Of a DNA stretch of 64,000 nt, positions 43,795-53,120 are shown one piece after another (the stretch's first letter is position 1; every line of letters starts with the position of its first letter). Below the pieces are notes generated by a model. It ran no database searches and was not told the origin of the DNA. It saw only the letters and a program-made list of their open reading frames with translations. Source of the DNA: Nitrososphaerota archaeon (lineage in GTDB: Archaea > Thermoproteota > Nitrososphaeria > Nitrososphaerales > Gagatemarchaeaceae). The DNA lies in contig JAPCJK010000001.1 in NCBI GenBank assembly GCA_027886975.1, positions 12,892 to 76,891 of the forward strand. Direction: 5' to 3'. Made by a program: the position numbers and the translations under genes.

Positions 43795-45540
43795 CTATTT
43801 TGGCGAGCTGAGAAAGCTATTCCGGAGACTCTTGGTTGCTCCGAGATTAACTTTCATCTGGATTTCGTCAATGGCTACGCCGTACTCGTTCTTTGCCTGT
43901 TCTACGGTGACATATCCGTCGACTACATCATTGAGGACCCTCTCAGGGTCCCTCTCAAGCGGGTCCCCGAAGCCGCCCCCGCCTCCGGTCCTGAGCCTAA
44001 TGAGGTCGTGCGCCTGCAGCGACTCGGCTGCCACCTTCCGGAGTCTCCGGGGGGCTTGATTCGCCTTCTCAAGTATGAAGTAATTTGGCGTCCCCTTCCC
44101 CCCTCCGTTCATCCCCCAGCACGGATAGAGCGAGCGTCCCATAGACGAAGTGAAACTCGCGTTGGAGTTGTTTATCCTGTAGTCTTTCATGATTCCGAAG
44201 CCACCTCGGAACTTGCCCTTCCCCGAACCATCGCCGATGTTCAACGAGTACTGCTCAACTACTATCGGGTATCGGACCTCCATTACTTCGTTGGACATGA
44301 TGTATGTCTCCCCATCCCCCGAGCATACAAGCCCGCTTTCGCCGTCTTTCCCCAGCGCGCCTCCCCACCCTCCGGGCTGCGGCTCGACAATGGCGAAAGG
44401 TTGCTTAGTCCTATCGTCCATCCCCCCGACTATTGTTGCGCAGACGCTGAGGAAATGCCCAGCCGACAACTTGTCAGGGATCATGGGCGCCAAGGCATGC
44501 CACACGAGGTCAGTGATGAAAGCCATCGATTCCCAATAGGTGGAGGTCGGAGCGGGTGGAATCGGGTTGAAAATAGTGCCCGGGTCGGCGAGTACCTTGA
44601 GCGCCCTGAAGTTGCCGTCGCTTACGGGGCCGTGAGTGTCTGTGACGGCTTTGAAGATTGCCCTTGCGGCCGAGACCGTGGCGCACCAGGGGCAGTTGAT
44701 CGAACCCCTGGCCTGTTTCCCCGACCCTCTGAGGTCGACGATGAATTCGTCGTCGGATATTGTGATCCTCGCCCTGACAGGGACAGGGATGTCTGTGATC
44801 CCGTCGTCGTCGACAGTGTCTTCGACTTCGAACGTTCCATGCGGGAGCTCCTTCAACCTGAGCTTAGTGAGCTTCTCCCCTTTCTTCTGGATCCTGTCCA
44901 TCGCTTCGAGGATGGTGTTGACGCCGTACTTCTTGCACATGTCCTCAATCCTCTTCGCCCCGACCCTTAGAGACGCCGCGTGCGCTTCCATGTCTCCGAG
45001 GGTCATATCGGGTGTCCTGACGTTCGCCCTGATCATGTCTACCATGGCCTGGTTCACTTTGCCTTTCTCGAACAGTTTGATGGGAGGGAAGATGAGTCCC
45101 TCTTGGTAAATCTCCGTGGAGTCCGAAGTCCAGCTCCCGAAGTGCATGCCGCCCACCTCGCTCCAGTGCCCCTTGATTGCGGAGTAAGCGACGATTCGGC
45201 CTTGGACGAAAACGGGCATGATGAGGTTCACGTCGTTGAGGTGCGTGCCGCTGGTATAGGGGATGTTGACGATGCATATGTCCCCGGGTGAGAATCCGTC
45301 TTTGCCAAATTTCTTGATGCAGTCTTGCACTGCCATGTCAAGAGTTCCGAGAAAGCCGGGGACGCCGTTCGCCTGCGCTATGAGTAGGCCGTCGGCGTCT
45401 GTGAGACCGGCCGCGTAATCGAGGACTTCGTAGATGACAGGGCTCTTGCTTGCCCTCCCAAAGGCGGAGAACGTCTCTTCCGCCGATGCGATCAGGCTAC
45501 TTTCGATGATGTCCAGCGTGAAGTCCGATAGCTTGGCCAT
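43795..45540 (-). CDS. hyuB: Hydantoinase B / oxoprolinase family protein
   Basis: 581 aa. 'DFTLDIIESSLIASAEE', 'GMHFGSW', and the C-terminal 'GGGGFGDPLERDPE.VL.DV..GYV' are typical of HyuB. Confidence 0.87.
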   Translation of the reverse strand: MAKLSDFTLDIIESSLIASAEETFSAFGRASKSPVIYEVLDYAAGLTDADGLLIAQANGVPGFLGTLDMAVQDCIKKFGKDGFSPGDICIVNIPYTSGTHLNDVNLIMPVFVQGRIVAYSAIKGHWSEVGGMHFGSWTSDSTEIYQEGLIFPPIKLFEKGKVNQAMVDMIRANVRTPDMTLGDMEAHAASLRVGAKRIEDMCKKYGVNTILEAMDRIQKKGEKLTKLRLKELPHGTFEVEDTVDDDGITDIPVPVRARITISDDEFIVDLRGSGKQARGSINCPWCATVSAARAIFKAVTDTHGPVSDGNFRALKVLADPGTIFNPIPPAPTSTYWESMAFITDLVWHALAPMIPDKLSAGHFLSVCATIVGGMDDRTKQPFAIVEPQPGGWGGALGKDGESGLVCSGDGETYIMSNEVMEVRYPIVVEQYSLNIGDGSGKGKFRGGFGIMKDYRINNSNASFTSSMGRSLYPCWGMNGGGKGTPNYFILEKANQAPRRLRKVAAESLQAHDLIRLRTGGGGGFGDPLERDPERVLNDVVDGYVTVEQAKNEYGVAIDEIQMKVNLGATKSLRNSFLSSPK

Positions 45541-45544
45541 TTTG

Positions 45545-47590
45545 CTAGACCTCCACCACGAGGTTCCCGTACCTGTCGATGGTCATGAGGTTTCCTTTCT
45601 TGAGTATTGTCGTGGCCGTCGGCTCTTCGATGATGGCCGGCCCTTGTATCTTCGCTCCCACCGGGATCGAATCTCTGGAATAGACAGGGACGCGTTTAAA
45701 CCCTGATTCGTCAAGGTACACTGACCTCATCCTGGACTGTTTCGCCCTGGCCCTCCTCGGCGCCCTACTGGGCCTGAGAGGCTGCTTCTTCACCTTCCCG
45801 AAGGCAACCACGCGAATATTCACGACCTCGGTAGGGTCATTCAGGTTGAACGTGTAGGCCTTGAAATGGAGGTCGTGGAAGCGCCGGCGAATTAGGGCGA
45901 GTGAATCGGCCGATTTCACGCCCATTGGGACTGGTGTGGGAATTGTGTGCTCTTGCCCCAGGTAGCGTATGTCGAAGAATCCCTCGTACCTCATCTCACT
46001 TGCTTTGATTCCTTCGGACTCGAGCTGCTTTGTGCCTTCCTTCTTCATCTCATCGAGTGTCCCTTGAAGCTCACCGAGATTGCTCGACTCCAGGCCCACG
46101 ACCTTAGTGCGAATGTAGTCATGCCGGAGGTCTGTCATGAGCATCCCCCAGGCTGAAAAGACGCCTGGAACCTTTGGGACCACGACTTTTTTGATGCCGA
46201 GCTCTTGAGCGAGTGCAACAGCGAACATGGGGCCCCCTCCGCCGAAGGCCACCATCGCGAAGTCTCTCGGGTCGTAGCCCCTGCGCACAGACACCAGCTT
46301 AATCGCGTTCACCATGTTGGCAGTCGCAATTTCGATGGCGCCGATCGCCGCGTCGATCGCTTTCATGTGCATCTTTCCGCCAACCTCGCGGTAGGCCTTC
46401 TCCGCAAGCTCAGGCCTCAGTTTGATTTCGCCTCCAAGGAAGTAGTTCGGGTCTATCACACCCGTCAGGACGAAGGCGTCGGTGAGTGTCGGGTCTGTGC
46501 CCCCCTTGTTTTGGCATGCAGGACCAGGGTCTGCGCCTGCGCTCTGAGGCCCTACCTTCAACGAACCAAGCTCGTCGACCCATGCGATGCTCCCCCCGCC
46601 TGCGCCGATCTCGACGATGTCCACGACAGGGGCCTTCACCGGGTAGCCGGAGAAGAACTGGTTTCTGCCGATGAAGTATTCGGTGTTTATCTTCATCCTG
46701 CCGGAATCGATCAGCGAGGTCTTGGCCGTTGTCCCGCCGACGTCAAGCGTGATTACGTCAGCCCCGATTGCCTTGCCAATGGCCTGCGCCCCTATGACCC
46801 CGCCAATCGGGCCTGACTCGACCTGGTAGATCGGGGTCTTCCTTCCCTGCTCGAAAGTAGCTACCCCGCCGTTGCTCTGCATCACGTGAGCTCCTATTTT
46901 TGCCCCCAGCCTCCTGAGTTCGAGTTCGAGTGTGGTGAGGTACTGGTGAACCTTGGGCTGGACGAAAGCATTCAGAACGGTGGTGTTCACCCGTTCGTAC
47001 TCCCGCCACTCTCTAGAGAGTTCGTGAGACATGGAGATGTACGGCGTCTTGACCTTGTTCTTGAGAATCTCATAGCACTCCAGCTCGTGCTTCGGGTTGG
47101 CGTAGGCGTTGTAGAATGCAATTGCTATCGCTTCGGCTTTGTTTCGGTTGCAAGCTTCCGCAACCTTCAACACGTCGTCCTTGATCAAAGGCCGCATCTC
47201 CTCTCCTTTGTAGCTCGTTCGCTCGTCGACCTCGTATCTGAAACGCCTGGGGACAAACGGTTTTGGTTTTTCGTATCTGAAGTTGTAAATGTCGGTCCTG
47301 TTCGACCTTCCTATCTCGAGGACGTCCCGGAATCCCTTGGTTGTGACTAGGATTGTCTTCGCGCCCTTTCTTTCCGTCAACGCGTTTATCACCATGGTGG
47401 AACCCGTCCCGATGAACCTGTTCATTTCACCCCCCGGTATTCCGCTCTTTCGTACGACGTTGATGACCCCGGCCGCGTAGTTCTCGGGTGTGGTGGAGTC
47501 CTTCACGAATGCGTACTCACCGGTGGCCTCATTGAGGGCGCACAGGTCAGTAAAGGTGCCACCTACATCAATGGCTACCCTGACTGGCAA
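45545..47590 (-). CDS. hyuA: Hydantoinase A / oxoprolinase family protein
   Basis: 681 aa, TTG start. 'VAIDVGGTFTD', 'ITLDVGGTTAK' and 'FGGGGP' are ASKHA-fold HyuA motifs. Confidence 0.87.
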   Translation of the reverse strand: MPVRVAIDVGGTFTDLCALNEATGEYAFVKDSTTPENYAAGVINVVRKSGIPGGEMNRFIGTGSTMVINALTERKGAKTILVTTKGFRDVLEIGRSNRTDIYNFRYEKPKPFVPRRFRYEVDERTSYKGEEMRPLIKDDVLKVAEACNRNKAEAIAIAFYNAYANPKHELECYEILKNKVKTPYISMSHELSREWREYERVNTTVLNAFVQPKVHQYLTTLELELRRLGAKIGAHVMQSNGGVATFEQGRKTPIYQVESGPIGGVIGAQAIGKAIGADVITLDVGGTTAKTSLIDSGRMKINTEYFIGRNQFFSGYPVKAPVVDIVEIGAGGGSIAWVDELGSLKVGPQSAGADPGPACQNKGGTDPTLTDAFVLTGVIDPNYFLGGEIKLRPELAEKAYREVGGKMHMKAIDAAIGAIEIATANMVNAIKLVSVRRGYDPRDFAMVAFGGGGPMFAVALAQELGIKKVVVPKVPGVFSAWGMLMTDLRHDYIRTKVVGLESSNLGELQGTLDEMKKEGTKQLESEGIKASEMRYEGFFDIRYLGQEHTIPTPVPMGVKSADSLALIRRRFHDLHFKAYTFNLNDPTEVVNIRVVAFGKVKKQPLRPSRAPRRARAKQSRMRSVYLDESGFKRVPVYSRDSIPVGAKIQGPAIIEEPTATTILKKGNLMTIDRYGNLVVEV

Positions 47591-47655
47591 GTTACAAGCA
47601 CGCTCTGCGCCTTATGGTATTAATAAGAATCCTGCCGCGGACTCGGGCAACGACA

Positions 47656-48000
47656 TTGGTGGACAAGACAAGGTACGCCAGGATTATCACGATGAAAGCC
47701 AAGCCGGGAAAAGGAGATGAATTCGTCAGGACATTTAGGGATCGAGTGGCTCCCACAGGCGTCGAACTGGAAGGCATTAGAAGGATGTACCTCCTTCGCG
47801 CAGTAGGAAAGAATGACGAGTTTGTCGTTGTCTCCCTTTGGGATGGGGAGGAGGCTGCAGAGAAGTACGCTAAGAGTGGGAACAACAAGCGATATGGTGC
47901 GATCTTAGCCAGCGTGCAGGAAGGGAAGGAAAGAGTGAGGAAATTCCATGTTGAATTGCACTCCGTGGGCAAAACGACCCGCCGCCGCAAGAAAGATTAA
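47656..48000 (+). CDS. ABM (antibiotic biosynthesis monooxygenase-like) domain protein
   Basis: 'YARIITMKAKPGKGDEFVRTF...FVVVSLWDGEEAAEKY' has the ferredoxin-like ABM pattern. The start, TTG 47656 or GTG 47659, lies about 30 nt after 'ttaataa'. The track ORF starts at 47614. Confidence 0.6.
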   Translation: MVDKTRYARIITMKAKPGKGDEFVRTFRDRVAPTGVELEGIRRMYLLRAVGKNDEFVVVSLWDGEEAAEKYAKSGNNKRYGAILASVQEGKERVRKFHVELHSVGKTTRRRKKD

Positions 48001-48027
48001 GAAATCAGACTAGAGAAATCAAGAGTC

Positions 48028-49344
48028 TTGCCAGCCCAGTACGACATAGTCATCGTCGGAGCTGGAATAATGGGGGTGGCGTCGGCTTACCACCTGAAGA
48101 AGAACAACCCCGGCATCAAAGTCCTAGTGGTTGAAAGATACGGCGCGGCCGGCCAGGGCAATACGGGGAGAAGCAACGCGATGTTCAGGAATACTTTCTC
48201 CTCTTCAGACAACCAGATTCTATCGAATAGTTCCATAGATTTCTACACCCACGTGCAAGAAGAGCTGAAGGTCGACATAGGCCTCCAGAAGATTGGCTAC
48301 GAATGGCTGATGAACGAGAAGCAGCTCTCCAGAAGCGAGCCTTTCCTCGAGGGGATGGAGAAGAACGGAGTAGAAATCACAAGACATGGGAAGGATGACC
48401 TCAGACGACTCCTCCCGAGCATGGTAACCGAGTTTGGTTCGAGCAGCGAAGCTGCTTTGATGGAACTCCCTTCAGTCGATGGCGGCGTCTTCGGACCCAA
48501 GTGCGGCCGGCTCGACCCTGACAAGCTCGTGAGGTTCTACGCTGGAGAATTCATCAAGGCTGGAGGCGAATTCGCCTTCAACACCGAAGCAAGGGCCCTG
48601 GTCGTCGGGCCTTCGAAGCGGCTGGGCATCGAAGGCGAACCCCTTGTCTGGCAGGACTTCAAGGTCGAGGGAGTCTCTGCCCGCGGTGCGATTGATGGAA
48701 TAATCCGCGCTGAAACAATTGTGCTCGCGGGAGGTGCGTGGGAAAACGAACTGCTTGAGCCAATTGGGATCGAGTGCCACGCGAAGTCGAAGAAAAGACA
48801 GCTATTCAGCATTCAGGCGGAGGGAAGAAAGCTTGAGGGACTGCTCCGCTCGGACGGCTTCAACCCCCAAGGCCTCTTGCCACTCGTCATTTTGCCAAAG
48901 TCAGGGGTGCACTTCAAGCCTGTGAGCGAGGAGAACGCATTCTGGGTCGCCTGCGAGGACGAAGTGAACCGTCCATTCATCGACCTACCGGAACATGACC
49001 TTGACAGATATACAGCAGAAAGAAAATATTACGAAAGAAGTGTCTATCCGATTCTGGTTTCCTACTTCCCGGAGTTCAAGGACTCGCGGGTAAAGGCAAT
49101 GTGGGCGGGGCTCTATTCGTACAATACAATTGACAACCTACCGTTCGTGTTCAGGGAAAAGAACCTGATCGTAGTTGGTGGTGACAGCGGGAGCGGCATA
49201 ATGAAAGGAGATTCCCTAGGAAGGGTTGTCAACTCTCTGTACCGTGAGGAAGGGGAGACGACACTTTACGGAGGAATTCCGTACCGTACCTCTAAACTAA
49301 GCTTTGAAAGAAGAGATGTGGAAAGGGAGGAGTGGGTCATCTGA
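48028..49344 (+). CDS. FAD-dependent oxidoreductase (DAO family)
   Basis: 438 aa. 'YDIVIVGAGIMGVASAYHL' dinucleotide-binding motif. Length and layout fit the sarcosine/glycine/D-amino-acid oxidase family. Confidence 0.8.
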   Translation: MPAQYDIVIVGAGIMGVASAYHLKKNNPGIKVLVVERYGAAGQGNTGRSNAMFRNTFSSSDNQILSNSSIDFYTHVQEELKVDIGLQKIGYEWLMNEKQLSRSEPFLEGMEKNGVEITRHGKDDLRRLLPSMVTEFGSSSEAALMELPSVDGGVFGPKCGRLDPDKLVRFYAGEFIKAGGEFAFNTEARALVVGPSKRLGIEGEPLVWQDFKVEGVSARGAIDGIIRAETIVLAGGAWENELLEPIGIECHAKSKKRQLFSIQAEGRKLEGLLRSDGFNPQGLLPLVILPKSGVHFKPVSEENAFWVACEDEVNRPFIDLPEHDLDRYTAERKYYERSVYPILVSYFPEFKDSRVKAMWAGLYSYNTIDNLPFVFREKNLIVVGGDSGSGIMKGDSLGRVVNSLYREEGETTLYGGIPYRTSKLSFERRDVEREEWVI

Positions 49345-49356
49345 ATTCATTTAGTT

Positions 49357-49785
49357 TCAAGTAACCCTTATTTCGAAATCTCCCCCTATTGTTTGCTTTG
49401 GGAAAATCTGCCAAATCTCTTTGGGGACTCGGTCTTCAAACAGTTCATCAGCCCTCCATTTGGAGGAATGAGCAATCAAACGCGCGATGATGGGAACGGT
49501 GTCCTTTCCTTTCTCGGTCAAAGCCCAAATCGGTCGGCGTCTTGAATTCCGAGAGATTCTCTTAACGTAGCCCGCCCTTTCGAGCTGCTTCAAGCGTTTT
49601 GCTAGAACGCTCGGAGTCACTTCAGGTATGTAGGTGCGCATTTGGTTGAAGCGGTTGACGTTCATGAATCCCATCGTGTATAGGATGAGCATTGTCCACT
49701 TCTTGCCGAGAACATCCAAGCTTGACCTGACCGGACACCCAAGATAGACCACCATGGGCTTGAGCGACTTTCTGAAGGGGAGCAT
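49357..49785 (-). CDS. HxlR-type winged-helix transcriptional regulator
   Basis: 'CPVRSSLDVLGKKWTMLILYTM....RFNQM...IPEVTPSVLAKRLKQLERAGYV.R' is the HxlR signature. The start is uncertain (Met at 49785, 49806 or 49824). Divergent from a VOC gene. Confidence 0.72.
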   Translation of the reverse strand: MLPFRKSLKPMVVYLGCPVRSSLDVLGKKWTMLILYTMGFMNVNRFNQMRTYIPEVTPSVLAKRLKQLERAGYVKRISRNSRRRPIWALTEKGKDTVPIIARLIAHSSKWRADELFEDRVPKEIWQIFPKQTIGGDFEIRVT

Positions 49786-49901
49786 ACGCGAGTCGACTCC
49801 CTGCATGATCCGACCAGAGGTCATTGCGATATTTAGCCTTCGGGGAAGTATCCGTTCTGACACTTGTTGGAATAAATACCGTGGCATGCACAACCTCTTG
49901 C

Positions 49902-50294
49902 ATGAAGCCCTTTGCCAAACGCATTTGGACTGTGTCGATACCCGTTTCGAACTTCGACAAGTCTCTTGCGTTCTACAGAGACCAGTTGGGACTGAAGGTA
50001 CAGCTCGATGGCCGAATGTTCAATTGGATGGAACTGGGCCCCGACGAACCGCTTTGCAAGATTGGACTCTACGAATGGAAAGAAGGAATTCCGAGGGGTT
50101 ACCCGATAATCACAGGTATCACGCTTGATACCGACGACATTCAAGCCCTCCATGCGAGCCTGAGCAAGGGAGGGACTCGCTTCCCGAACTTACCAAAGCA
50201 ACAGCCTTGGGGAGGGTGGTCAGCGGATTTCCTTGATCCTGATGGCAATTCGCTGAATGTTGTTCAGGACCCGCAACATTACAATCGACAATAG
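49902..50294 (+). CDS. VOC (glyoxalase) family protein
   Basis: Start at 'MKPFAKRIWTVSIPVSNFDKSLAFYRDQLGL'. The C-terminus is 'FLDPDGNSLNVVQ'. A GAATAAATACC box lies about 28 nt upstream. Confidence 0.72.
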   Translation: MKPFAKRIWTVSIPVSNFDKSLAFYRDQLGLKVQLDGRMFNWMELGPDEPLCKIGLYEWKEGIPRGYPIITGITLDTDDIQALHASLSKGGTRFPNLPKQQPWGGWSADFLDPDGNSLNVVQDPQHYNRQ

Positions 50295-50489
50295 TGAGTA
50301 GGAAAAGCTTGCCGAAGAATTGCGCTCATCGAGACTGAACCCGGATCGTCATCATTGAGGATTGACCTCCCACCGGCCTTGGGTCTAGATTCTAAGTCGC
50401 TTGGGGCGTCTAATGGCGAATGAATCATCCCCGCATTTGCGCAAGGTTGGCCAAACAGCCTTAACTATCCCTGAGGGTCCGGCAGGCAA

Positions 50490-50669
50490 ATGCCTCGAAT
50501 CGAAATCTACGAAGGCTCTCAGAAGATCGCAGACGTTGGACTCCCCGAGAAGAAATTCAGCACAGGCTCGGTCGGCTTCTGGGCCACCCAGAAGCTGGAA
50601 ATCAATGGGAAGAGATACCAGGGTCAGTTCCAGTTGGTTGAAATCGGGTCCAAAGAGAAGAAAGAGTAG
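50490..50669 (+). CDS. Small conserved hypothetical protein
   Basis: 59 aa, not in the track: 'MPRIEIYEGSQKIADVGLPEKKFSTGSVGFWATQKLEINGKRYQGQFQLVEIGSKEKKE'. It resembles a small-protein family recalled from memory ('F.TGS.GF......I.GK.YQ....LVEIGSK'). The overlapping track ORF 50401..50673 is Arg/Ser-rich and looks non-coding. Confidence 0.5.
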   Translation: MPRIEIYEGSQKIADVGLPEKKFSTGSVGFWATQKLEINGKRYQGQFQLVEIGSKEKKE

Positions 50670-50700
50670 CTAAGTCACTACCGGCGGACTTGGCAAAAGG

Positions 50701-51333
50701 CTACAGTACAAAGGAGTATATGGCACTCACGGCAACAAATCCCACCAGAGCTGCCCCAGCGTAAAGGGTCGGCGACCCAAAAGGATTCGTTCGCCGGAAT
50801 CCGAAGAATGAATTGGCGTTAGTGACATGGAAAACGAAGCCAACGGTCAAGACGGCCAGAAGCGAGGACGACCCCACAAAGAAGACTGCAAACGCAACAA
50901 AAACGAAAAGTTCTACAAAGAAAGCTATCGCTCCCTTCTTCCAGAGTCCAAGTCCAACCCTTCTGTCTCCGTTGAAGCCAAGGACAGGGAGGTCGCGCAG
51001 GTGGACCACTGTATCTAGTAGCCAATGCGAAGCTGAACCTGCGACGAAGACAGTGAGCACCGTTAGATTCTGAAGCCCTGCAGCCAGCACTGCGCCTACC
51101 ACCAAAGAAATGAGGCCGGTAAGCAACAGGGAATGAGAGTATGGGAACTTCTTGAAGACTATCGAGCTCTGCAGCGAGTTGTTCTTTTCGACGACCACCA
51201 CCTCTTTCTTGGCCCAGATGAGAATCGCCCATAGCAGGTCAGGAAAACTTACAGCGACAAGTGGTACCCAGACAGGGACGTGGGGGAATAGGACGACTAG
51301 AAGGAAGGCTATGGCGAAGTGCCCAATGAACAA
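50701..51333 (-). CDS. Membrane-bound metal-dependent hydrolase-like protein (YdjM/DUF457-like)
   Basis: 210 aa, 'MFIGHFAIAFLL', 'YSHSLL' and 'GSASHWLLDTVVH' with about 6 hydrophobic segments. Confidence 0.5.
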   Translation of the reverse strand: MFIGHFAIAFLLVVLFPHVPVWVPLVAVSFPDLLWAILIWAKKEVVVVEKNNSLQSSIVFKKFPYSHSLLLTGLISLVVGAVLAAGLQNLTVLTVFVAGSASHWLLDTVVHLRDLPVLGFNGDRRVGLGLWKKGAIAFFVELFVFVAFAVFFVGSSSLLAVLTVGFVFHVTNANSFFGFRRTNPFGSPTLYAGAALVGFVAVSAIYSFVL

Positions 51334-51339
51334 CGCAGC

Positions 51340-51786
51340 CTACTTTCCGCTCGCTGCCGCCTCGGTTGCTTTGGCGCGGAGATCAGCGAACTCCTGACGA
51401 CCAAAGGCGGTTCCTGATAGGCCCCAGCCGCCTTCGGCTGCTTCAGTTAGCAGAACCCAGGTCCGGCTGACTTGAGTCGGGTCGCCGGAAATCCTGGCGA
51501 CGATTTCGGTGACCTCTTTGACGAGTTGCCTCTGGCCCTCGCGATTCAATGCTCCTGGGGGCGTTATGACCTGAACGCGCACCGTGCGAGCAGAGTCTCT
51601 GGCCGCTGTGTGAACTGCATGCGGGTCCATTCGGTGGATATACGCGGCCGTATTGTTCAGGTGGAAGGGACCAGGGTTTGCCACGCCCTCGGCGCGGAGG
51701 ACCGCCATGGTGAGCTCATGGCCCAGCTGACCGTCGGCGCCTGCTGGGAAAAGGTCCGCCGCTGCGTAGACATCGATCATGGGCAT
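51340..51786 (-). CDS. Tautomerase-superfamily protein (Tautomerase_2-like)
   Basis: Start at 'MPMIDVY', with Pro after the initiator Met. About 148 aa. The track ORF extends to 51864. Confidence 0.62.
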   Translation of the reverse strand: MPMIDVYAAADLFPAGADGQLGHELTMAVLRAEGVANPGPFHLNNTAAYIHRMDPHAVHTAARDSARTVRVQVITPPGALNREGQRQLVKEVTEIVARISGDPTQVSRTWVLLTEAAEGGWGLSGTAFGRQEFADLRAKATEAAASGK

Positions 51787-51855
51787 GGTAGAACAGTCAG
51801 CCGATTGTGATGAGATGGCTAAATAGCTTGTTGCCTCAGAGGCCACCAAAGAAGA

Positions 51856-52515
51856 ATGCAGCAAGTGGAAAGGAGACCGAGGCCCAGGATAGAGACGTTA
51901 GCAGACCTGATTTTCGGCGTGTCGCTTGGGATTGGCTCCCTTGTTCTCATTGGAAATTCCCCTGCCTCGTCCGGCGAGATTAACGGCCACATCGCTGCCT
52001 TCGGCTTTACATTCCTAATCATCATCACTGCGTGGATAATCTACACGACGGACATGTCGGTCCTCCCGGTCGAGACGAGGGCGGTCACCTTCCTGAACGT
52101 CGTGCTGCTTCTACTTGTCGCTCTGGTCCCGTATCTCCTCAACGGAGTCGAACTAGTCAACACATCACTGAGCGCCTCTGAATCCTCGGCCATCAGGGAT
52201 TATTTTTCGACCCTTTTCGCAGCCGACCTTGCCGGAATCCTGTTCATCCTTGCGACCTTCGCTCATGTCATTAGCAAAGAAGAGAAGAGGTTGGTCGCCC
52301 CGGAGTTTGCAGCGCTCTTTCGGAACGGGAGGAACAGGATGTTCGTCCTGGGCATAATCATGGCCATCACCGTCTTGCCAATCTTCTGGCAGCTGACATG
52401 GTTTGGGATCCCTTTGCGGACGTACGCCTGGTACCTTCCCCTGATCTCGTACTGGGTCGGAAGAGCCGTAAGGCCTGACAGCAGGACCTACAAGGTCTCA
52501 CAAGACGTGCCGTAG
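51856..52515 (+). CDS. TMEM175/DUF1211-like membrane protein (putative K+ channel family)
   Basis: 219 aa, 6 hydrophobic segments. 'RIETLADLIFGVSLGI' resembles the 'R.E.FSDGV.AI' helix-1 motif. Confidence 0.55.
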   Translation: MQQVERRPRPRIETLADLIFGVSLGIGSLVLIGNSPASSGEINGHIAAFGFTFLIIITAWIIYTTDMSVLPVETRAVTFLNVVLLLLVALVPYLLNGVELVNTSLSASESSAIRDYFSTLFAADLAGILFILATFAHVISKEEKRLVAPEFAALFRNGRNRMFVLGIIMAITVLPIFWQLTWFGIPLRTYAWYLPLISYWVGRAVRPDSRTYKVSQDVP

Positions 52516-52518
52516 AAA

Positions 52519-53007
52519 TTAGATTGGCTGTCCGCAATTCCCGCAGAACTTATGGCCCGGGACCAGCGCCGAACCACATTTCCTACATGATAATGCCGAA
52601 AATCCGGGCGAGGGGGCAGGCTGCCAAGTTGGGGTGGGCCTTGGAGCCGTAGCGGTGAATGGTGTCTGATACCTGACGAGATTCTCTCTGATGGTTCCGT
52701 AGGCTTTCTGAGCATCGGAGTTGGGCAGGTCGTCAAGCAGGAGAGGCTCGCCTTTGAACCTCAAGGTGCACGTGAGAGCAGAGCGTAGGATTCCCTTTTT
52801 CAGGACCACGTTCGCAACGTCTTGGTAACTGTAGTCAGTATAGTCTTTTTTCATGCCGAGGGCGTGGGGGTGCCTAAGGATTATCCTCTCGTTGGTAATG
52901 ACTATGGAATCGACATTAATCCGGGGGTGATAGATTTTCTCCTTGATGAAGAGCTGAATCTGCTCGTTCGGCCCCAAGATGCTCTTCAGGTCCTTAGGTG
53001 TTTCCAA
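52519..53007 (-). CDS. Bacterial-PH-like (YdbT/DUF304-type) domain protein with C-terminal double zinc ribbon
   Basis: 162 aa. 'VDSIVITNERIILRHP' PH-like core, a Pro/Thr linker, then 'CRKCGSALVPGHKFCGNCG'. Confidence 0.5.
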   Translation of the reverse strand: METPKDLKSILGPNEQIQLFIKEKIYHPRINVDSIVITNERIILRHPHALGMKKDYTDYSYQDVANVVLKKGILRSALTCTLRFKGEPLLLDDLPNSDAQKAYGTIRENLVRYQTPFTATAPRPTPTWQPAPSPGFSALSCRKCGSALVPGHKFCGNCGQPI

Positions 53008-53120
53008 GTTCCCGTCTTCTCTTCAACGGGTTGTATTTGACTAGTATCAAGCACAGATATGTATCAGAAATCGGGTTTTGCATTTGTTCCTTTTCCCTGA
53101 GATATCTTGAGTTCATCCGG

